From Lama glama (taxonomy: Eukaryota): a stretch of DNA of 60,000 nt. The stretch lies in assembly GCA_028534125.1 (NCBI GenBank), contig CM052816.1, positions 101,062,001-101,122,000 on the forward strand, written 5' to 3'. The translations under genes and the position numbers were made by a program. Positions within the stretch are counted from its first letter, which is position 1. Each line of letters begins with the position of its first letter. Below are positions 36,321 through 49,400 of the stretch, piece by piece. The notes beneath the pieces were generated by a model. It had not been told where the DNA came from. It saw only the letters and a program-made list of their open reading frames with translations, and did not search any database.

Positions 36321-39300
36321 GGCATCAGCAGGGCATGCACAACTGTGAAGTCTAGGGAAAGCTGGACAAAATGGAAACATCACAGCTTTGAAGACCTTAG
36401 AGAGCAGTGGGAGCGGCCAGAGCCAGACGGGCTGGAGCTCCGGCGCTGGGCCAGGGGCAAAACGAGACTCCTGTGCTCTCAGCACTCGAGGGACGAAGTC
36501 CCACCGAAGCGAGGGGCCTGCAGCAAGCGTGGCGGCTCTCCCGTCAGGACGCTGGCCAGGTTTTGAAACCCTAAGAAGATGAACGACGCAGGGGGAGCTG
36601 AGTCTAGCTCCAATGACCCCCAACCCCAATCCAGGGTAATCCCCAGTTGGTGGACGTGCCCTGCCCTTGCCCTGCCTTCCTAAGAGAAGAGCGGGCGAAA
36701 CACCTCCGGGTGAAGTGGCGTCACCTCTGACCCCTGGTTCTTTTGATCACACTGTGCAACACACCATTAAATGCTGTGAGAAACGTAACGAGGCAGAACT
36801 TGATGATAGTTAGTAGAAAGATAACAGAAATTACAGCCACCTTCACAGGTAAATCAGATTCGGGACTTTCAAGTAACTCATAAGTATAATTTTAAAATAG
36901 GCAAGAGATTAGTAGATAAAGACAAGAAACCTCAATGGAGAATAGGAGTCACGCAGAAGGACTCCACTGGCACAGCTGAAAGATACCGCGTGCGAATCTG
37001 CCATCCCAGCAAGAGGGTTGCTAAGAGGCTGAGCGCAGCGGAAAACAGGGCTGAACACCGGGAGAACAGGCTGATGAGAACACCTGAACAGAAACCCAGA
37101 AAGAACGAAAGGAACAGAACAGACGAGAAAGGACGCCTAGAGCTGATGAAGGAGAAAGGACTAACTGTCAAAGAATCCCATCCCACAGGGAAAAAGCGAC
37201 GGGGCGGGACTGTGTACGAAGGTACCAGGGTTTTCGAGAGGCAAGGTGTCAACACGAAGACACAAGAAGCTCCATAAACACAAACACTTTGTTTAAAAAA
37301 TGCCTGGACACTTTACAGTCAAACTGTTGAAAACCAGCTACAAAGGGAAAAACCTAAAACGTAGCCAGCGGGAAAACGGCGGTGCTCCCAAAGAGGAAAA
37401 ACAGTGAGACTGATGAGTGACTTTTCGACAGAAACCACGGGAGTCACAGGACACTGGAACGCTGCCTTTTCGTGCTGGAAGGAAAGGAAAAGATGGCCAG
37501 CCTAAACGTCCACACCCAGCCAAGTATTCTTTAAATGGTGGAGGCGACATAAAGATGTGTTTGCACCCCAAAATTGTATAAATTTGCACTATAAGGTATA
37601 AAAAACAAAACTTTGCCTGAAGGAAAGGAAAGAAAGCATGCAAACGTGCGAGGCTATGAGGAGCACCAGGAAGGGCCAACTTCAGAGCGGGTGGGAGAGC
37701 GTTCATTGCTCACGGCGACGACCGTAAAGACATCTTGCAGTGCTCCTAACAAAGGTAGAAGCAACACATAACGCCAATGGCACAGAAAGCGAGAGTGGGA
37801 ACATGACAAAAAACTTCCGCAGATTCACTGTTTGCTCAGGAAGGGGCGAAGCACTAACTTAAGGCAGATTTTTATAAATTAAGTATGCATGCTTTGTAAA
37901 CTACAGACAAGTGAGAAGCATGTCGCCATTACACCAGCAGAGGGGGGAGACGGAGCAGCAAGAACACTCGGTTCATCTAGAAAAAGAAAGGAGGGACACA
38001 AGAACAAAGGGCAGGCAGAATGAGCAGAGAGCAAACGGCAAGACGTTAGACTGGCCATCCAACCATGAGTGTGGGAAATCAAACGTTAGTGGACTAAGCA
38101 CTTTAGTCATGAGAAAGCCTGTCAGACTGGTTTCTTTAAAGGAAAAAACATTCCAGCTATATGCTCCTTAAAGGAGACACAGGCGAAGCACGAAGACCGA
38201 GGCTGAGGCAAAGCCGGGGAACAAGCAAGCCCTAGACGAGGGGGGAGCAGAGATCACACGGGAAAGATCGTGCGACGTTGCTACAGGGAAAGGCACAACC
38301 CGAGGCGGGCATTATGGGGGTGCTTCGTGACAATAGATGAGTCATAGGACAGAAGGATATTAAAAACTTACATTTGTACACCAACTGGAAGATCGAAAAA
38401 GTACAGAATTAAATAAATAGGCCAATGTAGCTGAAGATTTTAAAGACATATGTCTCAATAACTGATTGAAAAAAGACCAAAAATCAGTAAAAACACAGAT
38501 TATCATCGCACAACTAGATAACGGAAGAGTGGACGTATGTCGATCATTCCATCGGTTACTGCGGAACATACATTTTTTAAAGGTGTAAAAGGGACATTTG
38601 TTTGGACTGACCACATTCTGGCCAGGAAGTAAGTCCAAGCTAAGTCTGAGAATTAAATTCTCACAGACTATGTTCCCTGCTTGGTGTAAGCAAACCAGGA
38701 ATCAGTAGCCGAAACACGCGGCTCAGAGAAGAAATCACAATGAAAACTGCAACGTGTTGTCAGTTGAAAGCTAATGGAAATGAGGCGCGTTGGCACTGGC
38801 GAGATGTAGCGAAAGCTCTATGTGAAAGGTGCATTTACAGTTTCAAAGCATGTATTTAAAATAGGAAAGAATAGGAGCCAATTACCTAAGCGTCTCCCTA
38901 ATAAAACCAGGGAGACACACCCGCAAGCAAAGCTCAGAGGTAGCAGAAGGAAGCCAGTAATGAAGCTGGCAGCGCAGCGCAGTCACACGACAGCCGCGCA
39001 ACAGCAGAGAGGGAACTTAGCGACCGGTCCTGTGAGAAGATTCGTAAAACTAGTAAAACTCACCAAGAATGGACAAGAAAACTGAAATCACAAATTCCAA
39101 AGCCCGAAAGGGGAAAAAAGGCACGTTGCTGTAGACCCAGCACACCTTAGTAAAAAGACACCCCGCACGAATGCGCGCCACCAACTGCGCGGCTCAGAAG
39201 GAGGAGGCGGATTGCCTAAAACCACCTCCCAGAACGCAAAGACAGAGGAAGCAAATAGACTGACATCGGTTGATGATACTGATTTTTTAATAAAAGGCTC

Positions 39301-40614
39301 CAGATCCAGACACTTTCCTGGCAAATTCTCCCAGACAAGAAAGAAAGAGCAACGACGCATAGAAGCTCCTTCAGCGGACAGAGGGGAAGGAAGGCCCTCC
39401 AGCTGCCTGCACGGAGTCAGGCCAACACTAGTGCCGTCAGCGGACGACATTCCACGAGCGGAAAGCCGCGGCCGTTCCCCTCAGGAGCCCGGCGCTGACG
39501 AGTCCAGCCCAGCGACGCGCTCGGCGCGGAGAGCCGGGCCTCCTTCCCTGCAGCGCCCGCTGTGACGCGTCGTGGCCAAGAGGCCTGGCGCCAGAAACGC
39601 CAGACCAGCTCAACGCCAGCCGGCCTAGTCCACCGTGTTAACCCACTGGACGAGAAACACTTCCGCAGTAAAATACAAGGCATCTGGCAGAACTCTCCCG
39701 CTAAGCTGAGAAGCGAGACACGGCTGCTCACCTCGCCGTCTCTTGGCAGCGCTGGCCTGGTCTTCAGACAACCATTAGACGTCACAGGTGGGCTCGCCAC
39801 ATGCGTCGGACTTAAGGTTAGTAAACAAAAACCAGCTGTACTTTCACGTGCCAGCAGAAAACGACTGCAAAATAAAACTTAAGATCTTTCATTTACAATA
39901 GCATCAAAACCCACAAAGTACTAAGGATATGTGGTTTTCTAATGTGCAGATTTCCACAGAGAAAACTGCAAAACATTTCTGAGACAAATTCGAGAAGATT
40001 TAAATAAATGGAGAGACACAGCATGTTCTGGCCTGGAAAATTCAGCACAATTAAGCTGCCTGTTCTCCCCAAATATGTCTGTTTTTTAAATACAACCCTT
40101 TGAAAATGCCAGCAGAGGTTTTTATTGTAAAAACTGGCAGGCTAATTAAAAATTTATATTTAAGAAAGAAAAGGACCTAGAATAGCCAAAGTGATGGAAT
40201 AGACGCCTGAACTGGGGGAAACCCTGCCGACTCCCAGGCCCACGAGAGCTGCGGTAACAGGGGAGCGCAGTGCTGGGCGGGGCAGCTGACGCCCCGACGC
40301 GGACACAGGCCCCGCTGCCGGGGGCGCTGGAGGCCAACAAAGACCAAAGCGCCGGCCTGGGAAACAGGGCTCTGGACACAGGGCTCCGGGACAGCTGGAT
40401 ACCCACACGGACACGGCAAGCCCCAGCCCAGCCACACGGCAAACACAGAAGTTAACTCAGCCCAGACCCAAGTGTGAACACGAGAGCCACAGACCTGCGG
40501 AAGAAGGCACAGAAGGAGAGCGTCCCTGCCCGGATGGGCCGCGTCTCCTGAGACAAAGACGGGAGGCAACAGCCACTAACTTGATAACCAGAGTCCACCA
40601 AAGTTTAAACTTTC

Positions 40615-40668
40615 TTTTTTATTGAAGTGCAATCAGCTCACACCGTTGTGTCAACTTCTGGTGTACAG
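40615..40668 (-). mobile_element. Very short young L1 3' tip inserted in old L1
   Basis: 'ttttttattgaagtgcaatcagctcacaccgttgtgtcaacttctggtgtacag' is the antisense of the tip type at 27.5 kb; candidate TSD taaa(c/t)tttc at 40606-40614 and 40669-40677. Confidence 0.7.
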
Positions 40669-41385
40669 TAAATTTTCAATTGAATAGTCAGACCATATTT
40701 TGGGAGGCAACATTCTCAAAATATATATTTGGAGTTTATGTTTAGAGTATATAGTGAACTTCTTTGGCAACTTAATAATGTAAACAAAGACCACAGTAAA
40801 AAAAAGTAGGCAAACGATGGTACATATATTTGTGTATGTGAAGAACATATAAATGGGTAACCAGCACATCAATAATTCTCAGCGTCATTACTCATCAGAG
40901 ACACGCTAGCCCCCATCAGAGTGGCTGACACTAAAATTATTGGTAATACCCAGTGTTCACGGGGACCGGGGGCAAAGGGGACTGGCAGGAATGTGAAATG
41001 ATACAACCGTCCTGGAAATGTCTTATAAAAATAAACATCCAACGGCCCTATGGCCCAGGAATCCACTCCCAAGAATCCACCAAAGAACAGCGAGAGCGCA
41101 GCCACGGGACGGCGTGCGCGGGAGTGCTCAAAGACGCATGCGACACACCAGGTGGGGAAAAATCATCCAGGCAGCGGGCGTCCCTGTACGTCCTGCCGTA
41201 TTTTATGTTTGAAAATTTTTATAATGAAACGTTAGGAATGTAAGCAAGGATTACATTAACAAAATAAAGGGAAAATACCATATAATCCTGTCAATAGACG
41301 CAGAAAGATAAAACTCAATACTAGTTCATGTTTCAAACCCTTAGCAAACTAGGAATAGAGGGCACTTCATTAATTACAGAGAACC

Positions 41386-41387
<2 letters not shown>

Positions 41388-41417
<30 letters not shown>
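41388..41417. repeat. (CA)n microsatellite
   Basis: About 15 perfect AC units. Confidence 0.95.
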
Positions 41418-41419
<2 letters not shown>

Positions 41420-44400
41420 CACAGCAGCGAACATCAAGCTTAATGGCGAAATACCGAACACTTGCCCCCTGAGGTCAGGAGCAGACAAGGACGTCCGCTC
41501 TTCCCGCTTCCATTAACAGTTGCTCTGTGAGTCCCATCCAGAGCAATGAGACAAGCTCAAATGTACGTAAATGCATATATAAATGTGACGTTGGAAGGAG
41601 CAAAATTGCCACTGTTCACACATGTTCATGTACGTACAAAGCTAAAATAGTCTACAAAATATTGGGATTAAATACATTTGCAAAGGCACTCGACACAAGC
41701 CAGTATATAAAAATCTCTTAGCAGTATTTCCATATGCTACCAACAAAGCAATTGGTAAACAGAATTTTTTAAATACCAATAACATCGAAATATATGGCAT
41801 ATGTGCAAAACCTATACATGTAAAATAATATAACATTGCTGAGGGACGTTAAAAAAACCTAAATAAATGGAACAATGTAACAAGTTCATGGATGGGAAAC
41901 TTTTTTTAATGTTAAGATGTCAATTTGCCCTAAAGTTCTCTATAGATTTAATGGAATTTCAATCAAAATCCCTGCAAGTTCTTTGGTAGACACTGACAAA
42001 CTGATTCGATAATCTGTGTGGAAATGCAGAGAGCCTAGGAAACCAAGACCATCTCAGAGAGGATGAACAGCAACGACAAAAACAGGTGAACGAAGCTGGG
42101 GCCCTGACCCGCCTGCCCGGGAGGCTCACCACACAGCTCCAGTGGCTAATTCAGCGTGGTGCTGGCGCCACGATGGGTCGACAGTCCCGTGGAAAACCGG
42201 GAGAGTGTGGAAGCAGAGGTGTTCATGACCTCCCCCGTCGTCCCATTAGTGTGCAGGCTCTGCAGTGATGTCACCTGTCTCTCTCCCACGCTTGGTGATC
42301 CTCACCTGCCCCTTTGCTTCCGGGGGTCCTGGCCCTTGATCTTTTCTCCAGGGGTCTCAGAGGGTTGACAGCCTATCGTCCTAGGAGTTGAATACTGAAT
42401 GGACAAAAGTGAGCGATCTCTTTCCTGGACACCCAAAGGTTCCAGAGAGAAACTGAGGGTCTGTCTTGACTGATGAGCGCTTCTCGGTGGCCTGGGAGGT
42501 GCTCATTTTCACGTGTATTTGAGGAGTTAAATAATCAGTTAGATACACGTCCAAGGACTCATTCTAAGGACGTGAGGTGGAGACAGACACTTACGAGTCA
42601 CGCGTGAGGCTGCAGGCAGGGGGCCGTGGAGGACGGGGGAGAAGGATCAGGGCCACGGTGGGTACCCACACCTTGAGGCAGAGCAGAGGATGCCCTGCCC
42701 CACAGCAGGCAGAGGGAGCCGGTCTTCAGAGCCGTGGGAGGACCTGGCGAGCACCACGTGCATCCGTGAGGCACACCTTTGTCAGGCGCCCCAGGTCATG
42801 CTGCCGGTGCGCCAGGACCAGTGCTGTGACCTCAACATGCCTGCCACGAGGGTCCCTTGGCTTGGACCCAGGGAGGGCCCAAGTTTCTCAGGGTCTCAAG
42901 TGCAAACATTTTGGAGCCCCCCTCAGATAAAGCACTGAAAATCAAGTGTCGAACGTTAGGGATGGCATTGGCAGGGGCCGTGCAGCGGTCCCGGGCAGGG
43001 GTCCCAAAGCTTGAGTCTGGTCAGCGTCACAGTACACCCTCCTCTCCCCTCCTGCCTGCACACCCACCCACGCTCACAAGCACACGTGACAAGAGGCCAC
43101 ATCCTGCCTGCGTCAGGGCCAGGGTGAGGGAGGGCTGCGCAGGGGCCCTGTGTCACGATGAGCAGTGCCCGGGGCGTCTGCAGCCCCGTGGAGCCTCGGG
43201 AAGGACGCTGGCAAGTGTCTAGCATCTTTGGGGAGATCCGACCCAGTGAGACCAGCCCCCCCCCCGCTTCGTTCTCACATCGGCATCCGATGCGCCTTGA
43301 GTGACTGCCCCTCCTCGTTTTGGTGAAAAGTCAACAGGAAGAGAGCAACATGAAAGAAGGAAAGAAAACAGGCCCCTGGAGCTGTCAGAAGGGCCATCTC
43401 GTTTTCCTGAAGTCCGGCAGCACCTCACCACGGGGGACACAGCGGCTCCTGTGCAGTGTGTGGCCGGGCCCGAGGGGGTGCGTGTGAGGACAGGTGCGGG
43501 GAGGGGGCTCCAGCAGGAGACGAGAGCTGAGGACCAGCCTTGCTCCGGGGCCCCGAAGGTCACTGGAGGGGTCAATCTCTGGGAGCCACAGCCTGCGTTG
43601 CCACTCGGCACCCTTTAGGCTCTGTGAGGTTGGCAAGGTCAGTGTTTGGGGGAGCAGACCCACACCCCAACCTGGACGGACCCCCAGGTCAGGATGCAGG
43701 CTCACCCCCCCAAGCAAAACTGCCTGTCGGCTTTGTTCTGAGAGAAGCTTCCTGGGCATCGAGGACAGGACAGGCCGGAGTTCATGGCCCCCGCGGGGGC
43801 AGCTCGGGGCTGAAGACCTTCCCTCCGGGGCGGGAGCCACTGAGACACCAGGCGGTGGGGACGCTGAGGCCCGGGCTCGCTGCCGCAGCCCTGGTGTGAT
43901 TACAGCAGGTGAGCCACCGACGGTTTCCCGTGAGCTTTGTGGTTAAGACCCCGGGCCCGTCCAGAGCCGTGCTTTGCTCTGTCTGGCTAGTGGACCTTCC
44001 TGAAGTTCCAGACTTTCTACGAGATGATCTCAAAGCAGTGGGGGGTGGGCACGTGATAACAGGGGCAAGGGGCCCTGGGCGTGTCGGCCGCATCCGAGGG
44101 CCGCCCCAGGCCCCCGGGTGAGATGAACAAGGTGCCGTGTCACAGCCCGCAGGCCGGGGCCGAAACTCGCCGTCACTCACCAGGATGTTGTGACGAAGAC
44201 TCGACCCGCGGCCCCATGACCGTCATCGGGAAACCCCCGAATAAACACAGGTGCCCCGGTCCCCAGGCCCTGAAAGCTTCCTGGGCAGGGCCCGCTGGGC
44301 TGCTCGCGTCTGACTGAACTCCGCTCCGACGAGGAACTTCACCCTCTGAGAGCAGCCAGGCTGACGGAGCAGAAGAGACGGCTGGTGGATTATTTATAAG

Positions 44401-45342
44401 ACACGCTTCACCTCCAGGCTGTCGAAGAGGATGCCGTCACCGGAGCGGCCCCAGGAGGGCGGCTGCAAGAGCAGGCCGTTTCCGCTGGCGCTGGTCTCAG
44501 ACCCCGCCAGCCTCCCCCTCCCCACGTGTTGACTGGCAGAGTGCTTTGGTCCAAGAGGGAAGAGGGACCAGCGGGGCGACAGTTTCCACCCTGAACATGG
44601 GACCTGGGGCCAGGCCAAGACCTGGAGGCAGGGCCATGGTGGACCCATCCTCCCTGGCGCCCAAGGACCCGCACAGGTGCCCAACCCGAGCCCCGCCTGG
44701 GGCCCCACGAGACTGCAGCTCCCTGACCCTGTCGGGCAGAGTGGCTCTGGGCCCGCTTCCCAGCATCTTCAGACCAGACCTAGTGTCAGGGGCAGTGTCA
44801 TTGCCGCAGAGCAGCCCCTCCCCACCAGCCTGAGGCCGTGGGACTGACTCCCGCACCCTCAGTGGTCTGGTGCCCAGGGGCCGCGCTCCGTGGCCCTCAT
44901 TCTCTCCAATAATTCTCTCTTCCTCCAGACCCAGCTCACTCGGGGAGTCTGAGCCCCCGTCCTCGCCCACACATCCCACTGGTCCCCGAGAGCAAGGAGC
45001 AGCTGCCTGCTCTGGGGCGCCCGCTCACCACCCCCTGCGCTGCCCTAGCTAGCCAGCCCCCTGGCCCCTGACGGCGCCGTCCCCGACCCTCCAGTCCACG
45101 CCACCGCCGGCTCCCTCCTCAGCAGGTGGGGCTGTGCCGGTCACAGGCAAACGCAGGTGCCCCTGGGAGGCAGGGCACTCAGGGGTGCACAGGAGGGACA
45201 CCACGGAGACTAACTACCCGGACACCAGGTGGCGTCGCATGCATCTCAACAACCACTCTTCTGATGGAGAAAATACTCCACCGAATGGAGTTCTGACATC
45301 GAGCTACACGCTGGGCCTGCTCATGACACACACCACAGGTGC

Positions 45343-45428
45343 GTGTGCTCGCAGGCACACATGCACGCATGCGCAGGCACACACGCGCATGCTCGCAGGC
45401 ACACACGCGCGCGCTCGCAGGCACGCGG
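45343..45428. repeat. Imperfect minisatellite of about 20-22 bp (gctcgcaggcacac core x4)
   Basis: gctcgcaggcacacatgcacgcat gcgcaggcacacacgcgcat gctcgcaggcacacacgcgcgc gctcgcaggcacgcg. Confidence 0.8.
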
Positions 45429-46479
45429 AGCTGGAAGGGCTGCACGGTTGCTGCCACTTCCCGGTTCCTGCAGCCCGCGCTGCCTCCTGTTTGACGTTCT
45501 CTTCTTCTCAGTCGTTTGTGTGAGATGCTTAAGGAAGACCGACCGCTTAGGACATGAAATGTCACAGCAGAGCCTCCACTTTGACAGAGCTTGTCACCGA
45601 GGCCTGGAAGCATCCAGAGTTCAAAAGAGACTCTGCTGATGAAGTCCGGCGGTCCGACCCTCCCGGGGACGCCCAGGTACCCCCCACCCCCGAAACTCCA
45701 TGTGCTACAGCTCTGTCCTCGAGGGAGCCACGGCTTACGTCTTCCTGCCACTCTTCAGAGATTCATAAAATCAACTGAAAACACCTTTGCAAATGGCTTT
45801 AAGAAAAAAAGCAAACGGGTAAAACATTCGACGGAACGGGTAAGTCCCCAGGCGCTCACCTGCGATTCCGTGAGGCTGAGCGTGAAAGCAGTGTTGCCTG
45901 GGGCCCTGGCTGACACCTGGGGCTCGGCGCCCCGGGGCTCACCTGCGGAGGCGAGTGTTACCCTGCCACCTGCAGCTTGTCAACGGCAGGCTGCTCCTCT
46001 GATTGTCCTGCTCTGTCCCTTGGTCTTTGTCAGGCTTCAAGAGATTGTGGTAAATGGATTAGAGGAGTCTTGGGCGCTACTGTCACTTCCCCTGGCTGTT
46101 CACGCAGACCTAGACGCCCGCAGGGCACGAGTCAGGCTGCTAGCAATGTCCACTGGTTCTGTCCCGTTTTCCTGGACACACAGAAAGTTAATCATTAATT
46201 TCTCTGACATCTGATACCAGGAGGAGAGAACGGCATTTTTGTTCAGCCTTACGCTGTGAGAGTCAGTGTTCACTGGGCAACACCAGCACTCTGACAACAC
46301 TCGGCGTGAATATAAGTCAAGGTTCAGACAAACGGGAAAATCTGAAACAAACCTTAACGTCATATGTGGGAAAAATCATGGCCAAGATTATTATTTTTGC
46401 AGCGAGGAAGAGCAGAGGACTTGAAGTTGCAGACAGCAACAAAACTGCAGAACGCGCCCTGCGTGCTCCTTCCCGCGTG

Positions 46480-49400
46480 CGTGTTCGGGTTTCCTGTTTC
46501 TCCTCGTGTCCGTCTTGGTGATCCGTGCCTCGCAACGAATTTTCCATTTCATCTAAGTTGTTGAGTTCGCTGCCGTAATTTTTCACAGTGATTCCTTGTT
46601 ATCAGTTTAATTTATGTGGGTTCTGCCGCGATGCCCCCTCCTTGCTCCTGAGACGGGTCCCTGCATCTCCCGTCTTCCTCCCCTTGATCAGTTTGTCTAG
46701 AGCGCCGTCAATTTACTGACCTTCTCAAAGAACCAGCTCTTCTTGACACTGACGTCCTCTATTTTCTGTATTATTGTTTCCTCTCTTCTACATACTTTTC
46801 AGCTTCCTTTGCTTGATTCTTCAGGTGGAAACTGAGATCACTGATTTCAAACCTGTCTGTTTCCTCACAGAAGGTGGGATGGTACAAGTTTCCGTNNNNN
46901 NNNNNNNNNNNNNNNNNNNNNNNNNNNNNNNNNNNNNNNNNNNNNNNNNNNNNNNNNNNNNNNNNNNNNNNNNNNNNNNNNNNNNNNNNNNNNNNNNNNN
47001 NNNNNNNNNNNNNNNNNNNNNNNNNNNNNNNNNNNNNNNNNNNNNNNNNNNNNNNNNNNNNNNNNNNNNNNNNNNNNNNNNNNNNNNNNNNNNNNNNNNN
47101 NNNNNNNNNNNNNNNNNNNNNNNNNNNNNNNNNNNNNNNNNNNNNNNNNNNNNNNNNNNNNNNNNNNNNNNNNNNNNNNNNNNNNNNNNNNNNNNNNNNN
47201 NNNNNNNNNNNNNNNNNNNNNNNNNNNNNNNNNNNNNNNNNNNNNNNNNNNNNNNNNNNNNNNNNNNNNNNNNNNNNNNNNNNNNNNNNNNNNNNNNNNN
47301 NNNNNNNNNNNNNNNNNNNNNNNNNNNNNNNNNNNNNNNNNNNNNNNNNNNNNNNNNNNNNNNNNNNNNNNNNNNNNNNNNNNNNNNNNNNNNNNCTAGA
47401 GCGCCGTCAATTTACTGACCTTCTCAAAGAACCAGCTCTTCTTGACACTGACGTCCTCTATTTTCTGTATTATTGTTTCCTCTCTTCTACATACTTTTCA
47501 GCTTCCTTTGCTTGATTCTTCAGGTGGAAACTGAGATCACTGATTTCAAACCTGTCTGTTTCCTCACAGAAGGTGGGATGGTACAAGTTTCCGTCCAGGC
47601 ACTGCCTCGCTGCAGCCGTGGGCCTCGACACGCTGTCTTCTCACTGTCACTCAGTTCACAGCATTTTCTGATTTCCCTTGTGACTTCATTGAAACAATGG
47701 TTTAAAATGTGCTACTTACTGTTTAAATATTTGGGGATTTCCCAACGTCTTCTTGTTGATTTCCAGTTCAAATTTTTGGGCTCGGAGAGCATATGTATAA
47801 TTTCAGTCCATCTAAATGTGTCGAAACCTGCTTCACAGTCGAGCACGCCATCTGCCTTGGCGGCTGTTCCCGTGGACTCGGAAGGAGAGAATTCTGCTGC
47901 TCGTAGGTGTGACGTCTGAAGCCGCCAGACCGGCTAGCTGCTGACTTGTCCCAGCCTTCCGTGTGTCCACCGGCTCCTAGCCCAGCTGCCCGGCCAGCCA
48001 CGGGGAGAATAACGCTGGACCTTCACCGGCAGCTGTGTGTTTGGCCGTCCTCCCTTTGCTTCTGTACGTCCATGTTTCATGTATTCTGAGACTCACATAC
48101 CAGGTTTGTACAGATTTGTGATCCTCCTGTCTTTTTATGTAAATGTCCCTCATTGCCTCGATATTGCTACTCCAGCTTGCTTATGAGTGTCTTTAAATAA
48201 CATATTTTCTATCTTTTTAATTTTATGTTCAAAAATTGTTCCTTAAAGGCAGTATGATTTCATCCAGTCTAGTAATACCTGCATTTTGTTTAGTTTGGTT
48301 AATTGAGTTAATTTAATTAATTATTCATACAGTTGGGTTTAAGTCCAACTTCTTGCAGTGAGTTTCATATTTTCCCATCTGTTGTGTGTTGCTTCTTTTT
48401 TCTGTAACCTTAATTTTTTAGTGTTTCATTTTACGTCCTCTATTGACTTACTGGTTACTCTTTATTTTATTGGTATAGTTTTTCCTCTGCGGCTTCAATA
48501 TACCTTTGTCGTGGTTTACCTTGATAAAACATCGCACCGCCGTACGTATAAATATGTTATGACAATAAGCTTTCATGCCTCCCTTTCTGTCTCTCATGTT
48601 AATATTGGTATACAAATTACTTCCACAGACGCTACACATTACATACTGTATTTTCAATATTTTTGCTTTAAATTGTCAATAACTGTTTGAATCAACTGAA
48701 AAATAAAAAAGTACTACCCACGTATTTGCTGTTCCTCAATGTCTTCATTCCTCCAGATGTCGGTTTCAATGTGATGGCACTTTTCTGTATCATGAGGAGA
48801 TGCTAAAATGACTTTTCATTACCAGTTCTGCTAGTAATAAAAGCCGATCTCGGCTGGGATCGGCTTTTTGCCTCATTTCTACGAGGTCGTTTTAACGGCA
48901 CATGGAACTCCAGCATGGGGTTTAAACCAGCACCTCCGAGCTGGTGCTCCGTTGTCTCCGCCCTGCAGTGCTTCCGGTGAGAAGTGAGCCACCACTTGCG
49001 TCTGTGTCATTTTCTGTGAAACATCCCCCATCCTGGGCTACGTTTAAGAGGCTTTTCTCTATGATTGGTTGTCAGTAATTTGATTAAAATGTGCCATGGT
49101 GTGATTTCCTTTTTCCTCTGAGTTCCTTTGAGTTCCGTAGGCTCGGATTTTTCACCAGGTTTGGAGAAGGTTTGATCATTATTTATTCAAACACTTGCCT
49201 CCCTCCCTCTTTTCCTGATATTCCAACCTCACACACGTTGGGCCTCGTGGCATTAAAGCCACAAGTCAGGGAAGAGCCGCTCCTCTTTCCCAGCCTTTTT
49301 GTTGCCGTTGTTGCTGCATCTGGGACAATTTCTCCTGGCAGGTCTTCAAGTGCACTTTCCTCTGCAGTTTCTAGGCTGCTGTCCAGCCCATCCAGTGACT

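Larger units (their letters stand above)
36750..42200 (+). mobile_element. Long degraded old L1 block (ORF1 to ORF2 to 3' UTR, several pieces), locally strongly GC-shifted
   Basis: Sense ORF1 motifs (about 37.0-37.7 kb), endonuclease region ('gaccacattctggccagg', 'gagaagaaatcacaatgaaaa'), RT/C-terminal motifs ('catttacaatagcatcaaaa', 'gaagatttaaataaatggagagac'), an L1 3' end at about 41235, and further ORF2 at 41250-42200. Confidence 0.85.

Noticed and set aside
36990..37277. Lys/Arg/Glu-rich 95-aa ORF
   Set aside because: It lies in the A-rich sense strand of a decayed L1 ORF1 region and is not an independent gene.
48839..48868. Rho-independent terminator or bacterial contamination
   Set aside because: It is embedded in mammalian L1 sequence with no prokaryotic genes nearby; retained only as a hairpin.
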